Below the pieces are notes generated by a model, which was given only the letters and a program-made list of their open reading frames with translations, searched no databases and had not been told where the DNA came from. Below are positions 26,176 to 36,221 of a stretch of DNA of 64,000 nucleotides, one piece after another. The number at the start of each line of letters is the position of its first letter. Within the stretch, counting starts at the first letter, position 1. The stretch comes from Chloroflexaceae bacterium (lineage in GTDB: Bacteria > Chloroflexota > Chloroflexia > Chloroflexales > Chloroflexaceae). The stretch spans positions 604 to 64,603 of the forward strand of contig DAOTUK010000064.1 of the NCBI GenBank assembly GCA_034437375.1, written 5' to 3'. A program made the translations under genes and the position numbers.

Positions 26176-26329
26176 AGCGGAAAAATGTCTGGCACACCCC
26201 CGCGCTATCAATTGCTTGCGAAAAATACCAATTAGCCTTATCATCATTGACATGTGCCTGCCACATGCTACCCAGAATAGAAGGTATCGAGTTGTATACC
26301 ACCACATATCCCAAAATGGAATTTGACCC

Positions 26330-27400
26330 ATGAATCCAAACTCGCTGGCCTTGACGATGGCCTTTGTGACCACGGTTTGTCTGACGCCAGTGGTACGCTA
26401 TTTTGCCTTGCGCTTTGATTTTGTTGACCACCCCGGCGAACGCAAAATACACCATACCCCCATGCCGCTCCTGGGAGGGTTAGCCATGTATCTTGCCGCC
26501 CTGGTGTCCATCACCCTCTTCATTGATAGCGACGCCTGGGCCCAGATTATCGCTATTCTGGGAGGCGCAACCTTCCTGCTCGTTACGGGGGTGCTTGACG
26601 ACCGCAACCTGTTGCACCACCAGATAAAGCTCATGATTGCTATGCCGCTCTCGGCTATTACGCTCATCGTGGGCGGTGTCCACTTCGACTTTTTCGGGCT
26701 CTTGCTTGGCTCGCTGGCCCCGCCGCTGTTGCTCCTGGTAGCCGATTATCTTCTGACGTTTGTCTGGGTGATTGGCATTACCGCAGCGTTTAGCATCCTT
26801 GACCATATGGATGGCCTGTGCGCAGGGGTGGCCGCCATCGCTGCGCTGTTCTTTCTCGCCTTTGCCACGTTTAGCCAGCAAGTTCTGGTGGGGCCCCTGG
26901 CCGGCGCAATGTTTGGCGCGGCGGTCGGGTTTGTGCTGTGGAATTTCAAGCCAGCCAAGATTTTTATGGGCGATGGGGGGGCCATGTTCCTGGGCTTTAT
27001 GATGGCCGTTCTGGGTATCAAATTGCGCTTTCCCGACCTGTCCATTACGACAAGCTGGATGATACCCGTACTCATTCTCGGCGTGCCTATCTTTGATACG
27101 ACGCTGATTACCATCTCGCGCAGTCGGCGCGGGTTGCTGCCCTTCTCGTCGCCGGGCAAAGACCATACGGCCCACCGGCTGGTAAGCCTGGGCCTGGGGG
27201 TTCGCACCGCCGTGCTTGGCATGTATGCGCTTGGGGTGCTGTCCGGGGTACTGTCCCTGGCCGTGTTTGCGCTGCCTCCCTGGCTTGCCGCTATCCTGGG
27301 AGGGGGCGTACTGGTGGCAGGAGGCGTTGGTATCGCCTTGATCGAACGCGCCCCCTACGAGCGACAAAAAAACAAAAAGGAACAACCTGGTGCTGCTTGA
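26330..27400 (+). CDS. Polyprenyl-phosphate HexNAc-1-phosphate transferase (MraY/WecA/TagO family, GT4-type initiating enzyme)
   Basis: HHTPMPLLGG, VLDDRNLL, ILDHMDGLCAG, and NFKPAKIFMGDGGAMFLGF. About 10 hydrophobic spans. Confidence 0.85.
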   Translation: MNPNSLALTMAFVTTVCLTPVVRYFALRFDFVDHPGERKIHHTPMPLLGGLAMYLAALVSITLFIDSDAWAQIIAILGGATFLLVTGVLDDRNLLHHQIKLMIAMPLSAITLIVGGVHFDFFGLLLGSLAPPLLLLVADYLLTFVWVIGITAAFSILDHMDGLCAGVAAIAALFFLAFATFSQQVLVGPLAGAMFGAAVGFVLWNFKPAKIFMGDGGAMFLGFMMAVLGIKLRFPDLSITTSWMIPVLILGVPIFDTTLITISRSRRGLLPFSSPGKDHTAHRLVSLGLGVRTAVLGMYALGVLSGVLSLAVFALPPWLAAILGGGVLVAGGVGIALIERAPYERQKNKKEQPGAA

Positions 27401-28547
27401 TGTTGCCGTTATTGGCGCTTCGACGGCGGGACTCTATGCCGCCGAATATCTCGCACGGGCCGGTCAACAGGTAGCCGTCTTTGAACAACAGGCGGAACTG
27501 GCCCCGGCCCGACGAACGTACATTATTACGCCCCATCTTCAGACGATATTCCCAGACGTACCGCCAGCGCACATCTTGCACCATAGCCAGATTATGGCTG
27601 TGGAAACGGCCAGCGAACAGCTTACCGTTCATTTCCAGACCCCGGATTTGATTATTGAACGGAACGCCCTCACGCATCTGCTGGCCCAACGGGCGGCCCA
27701 ATCGGGCGTGACCATACACTATGCCCACTGCTTCCAGGATGTCCGGCCCCACCCCCAGGGGGCGCTGCTCTCGTTGCACGATGCTGCGGGGCGGCCGGTC
27801 GAGGTGGTAGCACGGGCGATTATCGGCGCGGATGGGGTCTTTAGCACGGTGGCCAGTGCGGCCGGGTTGCCATTGCCGCCGGCCGTGCCCATTATTCAAG
27901 CCGAGGTAGATCTACCCGCGGGGTGGAATCCGACCGTTTCCAAGGTCTGGTTTGATACCGAGGAAACGCGCTTTTTCTACTGGCTCATTCCCGAATCGCC
28001 CCGACGGGGGGTTGTGGGACTGGCCGGCGACGACCCCGCGGTTATCCGGCAATTGCTGCAATCGTTTCTTCGCCGCCACCGGCTCTCCCCGCTGGCCTAC
28101 CAGTCGGCGTATGTGGCGCTCTACCACCCCCGCTTGCGGCCCTGGGGCCAGGTGGGGAACGCGCCGGTGTTGCTGGTGGGTGACGCGGCCGGACAGGTAA
28201 AAGTAACAACGGTGGGCGGAACGGTCACAGGGTTGTGGGGGGCCAGGGCCGCGGCGCAGTCGCTGGTAGCGCAGACGCCCTATGCCCAGGAGATGCGACC
28301 GCTTCAGCGGGAACTTGCGCTCCACTGGCTTATTCGGGCCGTCCTGGAGCGCCTGGATAACCGCGGCTATGATCGGTTGGTACGCCATATGACCCTGCCC
28401 GTACGCCAGGTATTGAGCCGCCGCAACCGCGACGAAATGGCCCGCGGGTTCTGGCAACTGGCGTGCGTACAACCGCGCTTGCTGGCGTTGCCGCTCCGCA
28501 CGCTGGTTCGCCCATCGTCAAATCGGAACAAGCGCAGCAAGGGTTGA
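27390..28547 (+). CDS. FAD-dependent oxidoreductase, geranylgeranyl-reductase-family-like
   Basis: The N-terminal DVAVIGASTAGLYAAEYLARAGQQVAVFEQ is a dinucleotide-binding fold. LLVGDAAGQVKVTTVGG is a GDAAG motif. The GTG start overlaps the end of the upstream gene (27390-27400). Its TGA shares a base with the ATG of the next gene (TGATG at 28545-28549). Confidence 0.55.
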   Translation: MLLDVAVIGASTAGLYAAEYLARAGQQVAVFEQQAELAPARRTYIITPHLQTIFPDVPPAHILHHSQIMAVETASEQLTVHFQTPDLIIERNALTHLLAQRAAQSGVTIHYAHCFQDVRPHPQGALLSLHDAAGRPVEVVARAIIGADGVFSTVASAAGLPLPPAVPIIQAEVDLPAGWNPTVSKVWFDTEETRFFYWLIPESPRRGVVGLAGDDPAVIRQLLQSFLRRHRLSPLAYQSAYVALYHPRLRPWGQVGNAPVLLVGDAAGQVKVTTVGGTVTGLWGARAAAQSLVAQTPYAQEMRPLQRELALHWLIRAVLERLDNRGYDRLVRHMTLPVRQVLSRRNRDEMARGFWQLACVQPRLLALPLRTLVRPSSNRNKRSKG

Positions 28548-31057
28548 TGAGGGAAAGCGCAGCGTTGATGTCATCCTTGTCTACCATACCACGTCTGCAT
28601 AAACTGTTGCTGCTCTTTTCGCCCTGGGTTATCTTTGCCCTTACCATACAGTTTTCCACACTGCGCGTTTCGCTGGCCTATATGCGCGGTTTTGTCGTCT
28701 CTATCCCCTACTTGCTGGTGCCCCTGCTCCTGCTCAAGCCGCACACGATAGTACGGCACTTTCCGCGCTGTGTCGCTACCTTCCTCCTCTTCGCCATACC
28801 AACCTACCTTTTTGGCGTTATCACCCGCCCCTACCTGGCCACCGATGCGCTGCGTATCTTTGTATTTATGGTACCCTTCTTTCTATACCTCCATTTCTTC
28901 CTGGATAGAGCGGAGATAGCGACCCTCACGGATATAGCCATGGTTATGATGGTGGGGTATGGGCTATTTCAGTATCTCGCGTATATGGCGGGCCACCCGG
29001 AGTATAGTACGTGGTTGCATGTGCAGCTTGGCTTCCAGCAAGACTACGGCATATTCCCCGATAGCCGTATATCGTTGTTGGGGGTGCGCGTGTCGTCGCT
29101 GGCCCTGGAGCCGTCCTACTTTGCCTATATCGTGGGGGTCTATTTCTTTGTCACCCAACGCCCCTGGGTACGGGGTATAATGCTGCTTGGCTATGCCTTG
29201 AGCTTTTCGCTGGTGTCGCTCTATGCGGTGGTGGGTATTGGCGGATACCTCCTGTTCAAAAAGCTGTGGCGATGGGACTACGCCCCGTGGGTCTATATGC
29301 TCATTATTTTCGCCGTGCATATCCTCTTGCGTACCACCCTGTTTGCCGAACGCCCCTACCCGCTGGCAGTGTTTGAGCAGGCGGCGGGCAGCATTGATTT
29401 CCGGTACGCCGGTCTGGATCGCTACCTGGCCGCAGACAGCCCGGTTGATTGGCTTATCGGGGTACAGGATATTGCTACGCGGAACGAAACCAATTTTGTT
29501 GTGACCCGGGCCCCGTGTAACATATCGTCTATCCTGGTGGACTTTGGCCTGGTTGGGGTTGGGCTGTATACCTGGTTGCTCTACCGGGTGAGCAGGCAGA
29601 ATGAACTGGCCGCGCTGGCATTCTTCTTCTATGGGTTCAACACGTTCTATCTGGTGGAATGGCCCATTGTGGTCGTGTGTCTGTATCTCATCTACCACCA
29701 TCAGATGTCCAGGGAACAACCGCTTGACCTGCTGGCGGAAGGACGGCGCGTGCTGGACAAACTCCCCGTGCGCCTGGCCCTCCGTGCCGAAATCTGGGTG
29801 GTGGGGGTGTGCGTTGCGGCCAGTGTGTTTCTGCGGTGGATGCTGCCGGTCGCGGTGGTGGTTGCGCTGCTGTTCTGGCTTTTGCGCTGGTTTGCCGCCG
29901 ATTTGCCCATGCACCAGACGCCGGTAGATTGGGCCTTCGGGGTGCTGCTGGCCCTGGTTCCCGTGACGCTCTGGATTACCCCCGTACCCGACGTGACCCA
30001 GGCCCAGGTGTACCGGCTGGTGACGGGTATGGCGCTCTTGTATGCGGTGGTACATTGGGCCAATACGCGCGGGCGCTGGTTGCTGCTGGTGGCGGGGGTG
30101 GTGGGGTTCGGGGTGCTGCTGGCCCTGATTGCGCCCTTTAGCATGGTATGGATTGGGGGCAAAGCATCCTTTCTGCCGGAGACGATCTATACCCATCTGG
30201 TTTCGGCTCTACCGTTTAATATTCACCCCAACGTTCTAGGGGGCTATCTGGCCATGGTGCTGCCCATTCCGGTGGCGTTGCTGGTTGCGGGTTGGCCATC
30301 GCTCAGTTGGATAGTGCGGGTGCTGCTTGCGGTGGCCATCGTGCTGATGGGCGGGGTGTTGCTCCTGACCCAATCGCGGGGGGCTTGGATTGCGTTGGCG
30401 GTTGCGCTGGCGGTGCTGGTGGTGCTGGTGTGGCGTTGGGGCAAGGTGGCGCTGGCGATTGCGGCGGTGGTGGGGACGGGGATAGTCTTGTCGCCAGCGG
30501 GGGCTTTGGTGCGAGACAGGGCCTTCTGGGCCAGCAGCGAGCATCGGTTGGTGATCTGGGCCGACGTGCTTGGGCTTATCCAGGAGCATCCGCTGGTGGG
30601 GATTGGCCTGGGCGCTTTTCCGCATAGCTACCCGCTGGTTATCAATCCGTTTGGCCGCGTGGTGCATGCGCATAACCTTTTTTTGCAGGTGGCGCTTGAT
30701 ATGGGGGTCGTGGGGGGGGGGGCCTGGCTGGCCATTGCGCTCTTTGTGCTGGTGGCCGCGTGGGGTATCTACCGTGCCGGACAGGCGGCGGGGGATGACT
30801 GGCTGGTTGGTCTGGGTATCGGGTTGTTGGGGAGCCAGTTGGCCCTGCTGGTGCATGGGATGCTTGATTGTGTGATATGGGTACAGGTGGAGACGGCGGC
30901 TGTCGTCTGGGGCATCTGGGGGGTGACGGTGGCGGGGTGGGTTGTGCATTGCGCAGGGGGGCCTGGGGAAAATGGACTGGGAGGGCCGGACTCCCAGACG
31001 TTTCCCGCTCCAGAGGAAAAACGAAACCCTATGCCACCCCCAACCTACCCCAAATAG
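28547..31057 (+). CDS. Large polytopic membrane protein with O-antigen-ligase (Wzy_C-type) domain
   Basis: LLLTQSRGAWIALAVAL, LVGIGLGAFPHSYP, and VHAHNLFLQVALDMGVVGG in the C-terminal half. The N-terminal ~400 aa add many further hydrophobic spans. I chose the start at 28547 (TGATG coupling). The track ORF starts at 28463. Confidence 0.7.
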   Translation: MRESAALMSSLSTIPRLHKLLLLFSPWVIFALTIQFSTLRVSLAYMRGFVVSIPYLLVPLLLLKPHTIVRHFPRCVATFLLFAIPTYLFGVITRPYLATDALRIFVFMVPFFLYLHFFLDRAEIATLTDIAMVMMVGYGLFQYLAYMAGHPEYSTWLHVQLGFQQDYGIFPDSRISLLGVRVSSLALEPSYFAYIVGVYFFVTQRPWVRGIMLLGYALSFSLVSLYAVVGIGGYLLFKKLWRWDYAPWVYMLIIFAVHILLRTTLFAERPYPLAVFEQAAGSIDFRYAGLDRYLAADSPVDWLIGVQDIATRNETNFVVTRAPCNISSILVDFGLVGVGLYTWLLYRVSRQNELAALAFFFYGFNTFYLVEWPIVVVCLYLIYHHQMSREQPLDLLAEGRRVLDKLPVRLALRAEIWVVGVCVAASVFLRWMLPVAVVVALLFWLLRWFAADLPMHQTPVDWAFGVLLALVPVTLWITPVPDVTQAQVYRLVTGMALLYAVVHWANTRGRWLLLVAGVVGFGVLLALIAPFSMVWIGGKASFLPETIYTHLVSALPFNIHPNVLGGYLAMVLPIPVALLVAGWPSLSWIVRVLLAVAIVLMGGVLLLTQSRGAWIALAVALAVLVVLVWRWGKVALAIAAVVGTGIVLSPAGALVRDRAFWASSEHRLVIWADVLGLIQEHPLVGIGLGAFPHSYPLVINPFGRVVHAHNLFLQVALDMGVVGGGAWLAIALFVLVAAWGIYRAGQAAGDDWLVGLGIGLLGSQLALLVHGMLDCVIWVQVETAAVVWGIWGVTVAGWVVHCAGGPGENGLGGPDSQTFPAPEEKRNPMPPPTYPK

Positions 31058-31113
31058 GAAAGTCCGGGTATAATAGGAATATGTCCATACGTTTTCGGGG
31101 CGCCGGGCGTGTG

Positions 31114-31404
31114 CTACGGATCGGCCGTGTCCGCTGCGCTCAACAAATCAAGCAAATCGCTCACCGCATGGCCCTGTTGGGCCGGGTGGCGCATGGGGCG
31201 CTCCGGGTGGATGGTGTAGACATTGCGGCGTCCTTCGCGCTCGTGGCTAATATACCCGGACTCTTCCAGGTCATCGAGCAAGCGTTGTACGGCCCGCTCT
31301 GTGATGCCCACGTGGGCCGCTATCTCGCGGGCCGTGAGGCGGTTATTTCTGGCTATGCACAGAAGTACCTGGGCATGGTTCGTAAGAAACGTCCATCCAG
31401 ACAT
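31114..31404 (-). CDS. Small winged-helix transcriptional regulator (ArsR/MarR-like)
   Basis: LTAREIAAHVGITERAVQRLLDDLEESGYISHEREGRRNVY gives an HTH plus wing. It is divergent from the mrp operon. Confidence 0.6.
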   Translation of the reverse strand: MSGWTFLTNHAQVLLCIARNNRLTAREIAAHVGITERAVQRLLDDLEESGYISHEREGRRNVYTIHPERPMRHPAQQGHAVSDLLDLLSAADTADP

Positions 31405-31434
31405 AGTTTGTTCCCCCCATTCTATTTATGACCA

Positions 31435-31492
31435 TTATATCACGAAACATATGCCGTGCGGCGTATCGTACGCTAAATTTTTCGTGATATAA
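31435..31492. promoter_or_regulatory. Operator-like perfect 13-bp inverted repeat in the divergent regulator/mrp promoter region
   Basis: TTATATCACGAAA (31435-31447) and TTTCGTGATATAA (31480-31492) are exact reverse complements. A third half-site, ttatatcatg, lies at 31501-31510. Confidence 0.5.
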
Positions 31493-31552
31493 TTATCGTA
31501 TTATATCATGGGACGTATTCCGGTTTTCAGATCTGAATTGTGAGAGGGGCCG

Positions 31553-34309
31553 ATGGAGAGAGAAAGCATTGAGCATATGGGGGTGTCCTACCCCGACGGA
31601 CACACAGCACCCCACACGCGGCCTACCCTGCGTGAGATACCCGGCTGGCTCATCGCCTTGCTCCCGCTGGCCATCTTTGCTGGCTTTGTCAGCATGGTGG
31701 GGACGGTGGCCGGCGGCAAACCCATTGCGATAGCCTACCCCTGGATACCGTCGCTTGGTATTGCGTTATCGTTCATGGTAGACGGCCTGGGGTTGTTGTT
31801 TGCGTTGCTGGTCAGCGGCATTGGCACGCTGGTGGTACTCTACGCCAGTAGCTACTTGCATGGGCACACGCATATTCACCGCTTCTACGTCTTTGTCATG
31901 CTCTTTATGGTAGCGATGCTTGGGCTTGTGCTGGCGGATAACCTGATAACGCTGTTTGTCTTCTGGGAGCTGACCAGCATCACCTCCTACCTGTTGATAG
32001 GCTTTAGCCACCGCAAGAGCGAGGCGCGGGCCGCCGCGCTGCAAGCCTTGCTCATCACGGGTGGCGGCGGATTGGCGCTGCTCGCCGGGCTTGTGCTGCT
32101 TGGCATTGCAGGGGGCAGTTTCGAGCTTTCCACCCTGGCGCAGCAGGGCGACGTGGTACGCGCCAGTGGGCTGTATACGCCTATGCTGCTGCTTATTCTG
32201 GCGGGGGCGTTTACCAAGTCGGCGCAGTTTCCCTTCCACTTCTGGCTACCGGGCGCGATGCAAGCCCCCACGCCGGTCAGTTCCTACCTGCACTCGGCCA
32301 CGATGGTCAAGGCGGGGGTCTATCTGCTGGCGCGGCTCACGCCGGTGCTTGGCGGTACGGCGCTGTGGCACGATGCGCTGGTGGTGGCGGGGAGCGCGAC
32401 CATGTTGCTTGGCGCATACCTGGCCCCGCGCCAGGGCGACCTCAAGCGCTTGCTGGCCTACTCCACGGTGAGCGCGTTGGGCACACTGGTGCTGCTGATT
32501 GGTATCGGCACAACCATTGCAATTAAAGCGGCGGTCGTCTTTCTGATTGTCCACTCCATCTACAAGGGGGCTTTGTTTATGGTGGCCGGTATCGTTGACC
32601 ACGAGGCCGGCACCCGCGAGATAGAGCAGGTACGCGGGCTGCGCCACGCTATGCCCTTCACGACGGCCGCGGCTATTCTGGCGGCTTTCTCCTTTGCCGG
32701 TATGCCGCCCCTGTTCGGCTTCATTGGGAAGGAGCTTATCTATGAGGCGAAACTGACCGCGCCGAATGCGTCGCTGGCCTTGACAACCGTGGCGGTAGTG
32801 TCCAACGCGCTGGTGGTGGCGGCCGGACTCACCACGCTGCGGCCCTTCTTTGGCAAGCAAGCCGAGGCCCCCAAGCACCCGCACGAGGCCCCGTTGCCCA
32901 TGCTGGTGGGGCCGGTTGTGCTGGCCGGGTTGGGCTTGCTGGTGGGCATGTTGCCGCATCTGGTAGCCGAACCGCTCGTCGCGCCAACGGTTGCGTCTAT
33001 CCTGGGGGAGAAGACCAAGGTGAAACTGGCGCTGTGGCACGGCGTCAACGATATGCTGATATTGAGCATTATCACCGTGATAAGCGGCGTGGGCATCTTT
33101 ATGGGGCGCAGCATCTTTTGCCGCGCCGGGCGCGTGCTGGATGGCCTGGCCCGCGTGGGGCCGGAGCGTTGGTACGAGCTGGCGCTGGCCGGGTTGCAGT
33201 GGAGCGCCAACACCCTGAACGGCGTCATACAGCGCGGCGCGTTGCGCTCCTACCTGCTGGTTATCATTCTCACGACGGCGGGGATGGCCGCGGCGGCACT
33301 ATCCCAGACGGTGGCGTTGGGCGATGTGCTGGTGGTGCCGCGGGCCGGCGTCTTCGAGTGGGCCCTGTCGCTGCTTATCCTGGTGTCGGCGCTGCTGGTG
33401 GTGATGGCCAGTTCGCGCCTCACGGCCCTGATTGCGCTTGGCGGGGTGGGCTTTGGTATTACCATGCTCTTTGTCTTCTTCAGTGCGCCCGACCTGGCCG
33501 CCACCCAGTTTGCCATCGAGACATTGACGGTGCTACTCTTTGTGCTGGTGCTCTATCGGTTGCCCAAGTATGCGACCCTCTCCAGTACATCGTCGCGGGT
33601 GCGCGATGCGCTGGTGGCGCTTGGCTTTGGCGGGGTCATGACGGTCATAGCGTTGGCTATGACGCGGCAACCCTTACCGTCGCACGTGTCGGAGTATATG
33701 GCCCAGGCCAGCGTACCGCTGGCGAACGGGCGCAACATCGTCAACGTTATTCTGGTGGACTTCCGCGGCATGGATACACTTGGCGAAATAACCGTGCTGG
33801 CCATGGCCGCTATCGGCGTGTACGCGCTATTGACGCTGCGGGCGCCGGGTACGAGCGATAGACCCCCGCCGCCGCAGGTACGCAAGACGCCGCCCCTGGA
33901 TAGTCTTATTCTCTCCACGGCGGCCCGCTATCTTGCCCCGCTGATGGTGCTGTTTTCCTTCTACCTGTTGCTGCGCGGACACAACGAGCCGGGCGGCGGG
34001 TTTGTCGGGGGTCTGGTGGCCGCGTCGGCCTTTGCGCTCTTCATTGTAGCCTACAATGTGCAGCAGGCACGACAAATGCTACGGGTAGACCCGCGCACGC
34101 TGATGGGGGTTGGTATGCTGGTGGCGCTACTGAGCGGGGTACCGGCCCTGCTGCGCGATATGCCCTTTATGACGGGCATCTGGCTCACACAAAAGGTGCC
34201 GGTGATTGGCAAGGTGGGGACGCCGCTGGTGTTCGATGTCGGCGTGTATGTGCTGGTGGTGGGTATGGTGTTGACGATTGTGTTTGCGCTGGCAGAAAGG
34301 AGCGAGTAA
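31553..34309 (+). CDS. mrpA: Monovalent cation/H+ antiporter subunit A (MrpA with fused MrpB-like C-terminal domain)
   Basis: NuoL-like proton-pumping core ([48 protein letters not shown]). The C-terminal [22 protein letters not shown] is an MnhB-type signature. Confidence 0.9.
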   Translation: MERESIEHMGVSYPDGHTAPHTRPTLREIPGWLIALLPLAIFAGFVSMVGTVAGGKPIAIAYPWIPSLGIALSFMVDGLGLLFALLVSGIGTLVVLYASSYLHGHTHIHRFYVFVMLFMVAMLGLVLADNLITLFVFWELTSITSYLLIGFSHRKSEARAAALQALLITGGGGLALLAGLVLLGIAGGSFELSTLAQQGDVVRASGLYTPMLLLILAGAFTKSAQFPFHFWLPGAMQAPTPVSSYLHSATMVKAGVYLLARLTPVLGGTALWHDALVVAGSATMLLGAYLAPRQGDLKRLLAYSTVSALGTLVLLIGIGTTIAIKAAVVFLIVHSIYKGALFMVAGIVDHEAGTREIEQVRGLRHAMPFTTAAAILAAFSFAGMPPLFGFIGKELIYEAKLTAPNASLALTTVAVVSNALVVAAGLTTLRPFFGKQAEAPKHPHEAPLPMLVGPVVLAGLGLLVGMLPHLVAEPLVAPTVASILGEKTKVKLALWHGVNDMLILSIITVISGVGIFMGRSIFCRAGRVLDGLARVGPERWYELALAGLQWSANTLNGVIQRGALRSYLLVIILTTAGMAAAALSQTVALGDVLVVPRAGVFEWALSLLILVSALLVVMASSRLTALIALGGVGFGITMLFVFFSAPDLAATQFAIETLTVLLFVLVLYRLPKYATLSSTSSRVRDALVALGFGGVMTVIALAMTRQPLPSHVSEYMAQASVPLANGRNIVNVILVDFRGMDTLGEITVLAMAAIGVYALLTLRAPGTSDRPPPPQVRKTPPLDSLILSTAARYLAPLMVLFSFYLLLRGHNEPGGGFVGGLVAASAFALFIVAYNVQQARQMLRVDPRTLMGVGMLVALLSGVPALLRDMPFMTGIWLTQKVPVIGKVGTPLVFDVGVYVLVVGMVLTIVFALAERSE

Positions 34310-34311
34310 GT

Positions 34312-34653
34312 ATGGATGTGTTGCTGCCCATTGTGATCGGGGGATTGTATGCGTCGGGGTTGTATATGGTGCTGCGGCGCAGTCTGGTCAAGGTCATATT
34401 GGGGTTGTTCCTGCTTGGGCACGCTACGAACCTGCTGCTCTTTTCGGGGGGAAGGCTCACGCAGGGTAAGCCGCCGCTGGTGGCAGAGGGGGCTACGGCT
34501 CCCACCGAGGCGATTGCCGACCCGCTGGCCCAGGCGCTCATCCTGACGGCTATTGTTATCGGGTTTGGGGTACAGGCGTTTGCGATTGTGTTGTTCAAGC
34601 GCACCTACCAGACCGTCCAGACGGATGATCTGGATCGGCTGAAAGGGCAGTGA
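34312..34653 (+). CDS. mrpC: Cation/H+ antiporter subunit C
   Basis: 113 aa with 3 TM spans, NuoK-like. [17 protein letters not shown] motif. Confidence 0.85.
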   Translation: MDVLLPIVIGGLYASGLYMVLRRSLVKVILGLFLLGHATNLLLFSGGRLTQGKPPLVAEGATAPTEAIADPLAQALILTAIVIGFGVQAFAIVLFKRTYQTVQTDDLDRLKGQ

Positions 34654-34708
34654 GAGGCGCGGCGACGCGAGGCGAAGAGGCGAGGCTACGTGAGACGAAG
34701 AGGTACCT

Positions 34709-36208
34709 ATGAATGTATTGTTGTTTCTCCCAATCATCATACCCCTGCTGACGGCGGTCATACTGCTGCTGACGCGAAAGAGTATCCGCGCTCAGCGCGG
34801 GGTGAGCGTCGCGGGGGCGGCGGGGTTGTTTGCAACGGCGCTGGCCATCTTCGGGTCGGTGTGGCGCGATGGAATCCAGGCGGTGCAGTTGGGCAGTTGG
34901 CAAGCGCCGGTGGGCATTACGCTGGTAGCCGACCTGCTCAGCGCGATTATGTTGGTGCTGGCCGGGTTTATGGGTCTGGTGGTGGTTATCTATTCGCGGG
35001 TGAGCATTGATGAACGGCGTGAGGAGGCCGGCTATCACCCGCTGCTGCATGCGCTGCTGCTTGGCGTGAGCGGGGCCTTCCTGACGGGCGACCTGTTTAC
35101 GCTGTTCGTCTGCTTCGAGATAATTCTGCTGTCGTCGTTTGTGCTGCTGGCGCTTGGCGGCGAACCCGAACAACTGGAAGGGGCCACCATTTACGTGACC
35201 ATTAACCTGTTGTCGTCGCTGCTCTTCCTCTCCACGTTGGGGGTGCTGTATGGCAGCTTTGGCACGCTCAATATGGCCGACCTGGCCCTGCGTGTGCCGG
35301 CCGCAGAGGGCGGGCTTACCCCGGTACTGGCGCTGCTCTTTCTGGCGGCGTTTGGTATCAAGGCGGGCATCTTCCCCTTCTTCTTCTGGTTGCCCGCTTC
35401 CTATCACACACCGCCCATTGCCGTGACGACGCTCTTTTCGGCGCTGCTCACCAAGGTGGGCATATACGCCATGATGCGCGTGTTTCCGCTGCTGTTTGCC
35501 CAGGAGCGCATGCTCTTTCCGGTGCTGCTGACCCTGGCCGCGCTCACCATGATCATAGGCGTGCTTGGGGCCGTGGCACAGTATGACACGCGGCGGTTGC
35601 TCTCCTTCCATATCGTGAGCCAGATAGGCTATCTGCTGATGGGGGTGGGCTTGCTTACGCCGCTGGCTCTCACGGGGGCCGTCTTTTTTATGATAAACGT
35701 GATTATTGCCAAGTCGGCGCTCTTCCTGATGGGCGGCATTCTGGCCCGTATTGGCGGCACCTACGACCTGAAAAAGTCGGGCGGGATGTATGCCCGTTCG
35801 CTCCTGCTCACGGTGCTGTTTTTGTTGCCGGCCCTCTCGCTGGCCGGTATCCCCCCGCTGGCCGGCTTTTGGGGCAAGTTTCTGCTGGTGTGGGCCGGTC
35901 TGGAAGCGGGGAGCTATCTGGTGGCGGCGTCGGCGCTGGCCGTGAGTATTCTCACGCTCTTCTCTATGATGAAGATATGGGCCGAGGCGTTCTGGAAGGA
36001 TGCGCCCGAACCGCAGGAAACGCCCATCAATCGGCAGACGATGCCGATGGCGGCGGTGTTGCCGGTGGTGGCGTTGGCCGCGCTCACGGTGGCGTTTGGG
36101 GTGGCGGCGGGCCCCACGGTGGAAGTGGCAGAGCAGGCCGCGGCGCAGCTCTTGCAGCCGGAGGGCTATATCCGGGCGGTGTTACCGGCCGCGGTTGGTG
36201 GTCTGTGA
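34709..36208 (+). CDS. mrpD: Cation/H+ antiporter subunit D
   Basis: NuoM/N-like: [46 protein letters not shown]. Confidence 0.9.
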   Translation: MNVLLFLPIIIPLLTAVILLLTRKSIRAQRGVSVAGAAGLFATALAIFGSVWRDGIQAVQLGSWQAPVGITLVADLLSAIMLVLAGFMGLVVVIYSRVSIDERREEAGYHPLLHALLLGVSGAFLTGDLFTLFVCFEIILLSSFVLLALGGEPEQLEGATIYVTINLLSSLLFLSTLGVLYGSFGTLNMADLALRVPAAEGGLTPVLALLFLAAFGIKAGIFPFFFWLPASYHTPPIAVTTLFSALLTKVGIYAMMRVFPLLFAQERMLFPVLLTLAALTMIIGVLGAVAQYDTRRLLSFHIVSQIGYLLMGVGLLTPLALTGAVFFMINVIIAKSALFLMGGILARIGGTYDLKKSGGMYARSLLLTVLFLLPALSLAGIPPLAGFWGKFLLVWAGLEAGSYLVAASALAVSILTLFSMMKIWAEAFWKDAPEPQETPINRQTMPMAAVLPVVALAALTVAFGVAAGPTVEVAEQAAAQLLQPEGYIRAVLPAAVGGL

Positions 36209-36221
36209 AGGGAGGGGAACA

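Noticed and set aside
25965-26195. 77-codon N-terminal extension of the SDR ORF 24951..26195
   Set aside because: The extension runs through the palindromic REP-like element and has no SDR-like sequence. A TTG at 25964 preceded by AAGGAG places the Rossmann motif about 10 residues from the N-terminus, as expected.
26480-35611. Long antisense ORFs inside membrane-protein genes (26480..27385, 28964..30196, 30236..30949, 32246..33040, 34051..34761, 34595..35611, all minus strand)
   Set aside because: They give His/Gln/Arg/Pro-rich low-complexity translations. The plus-strand frames encode coherent WecA-like, ligase-like and Mrp subunit sequences.
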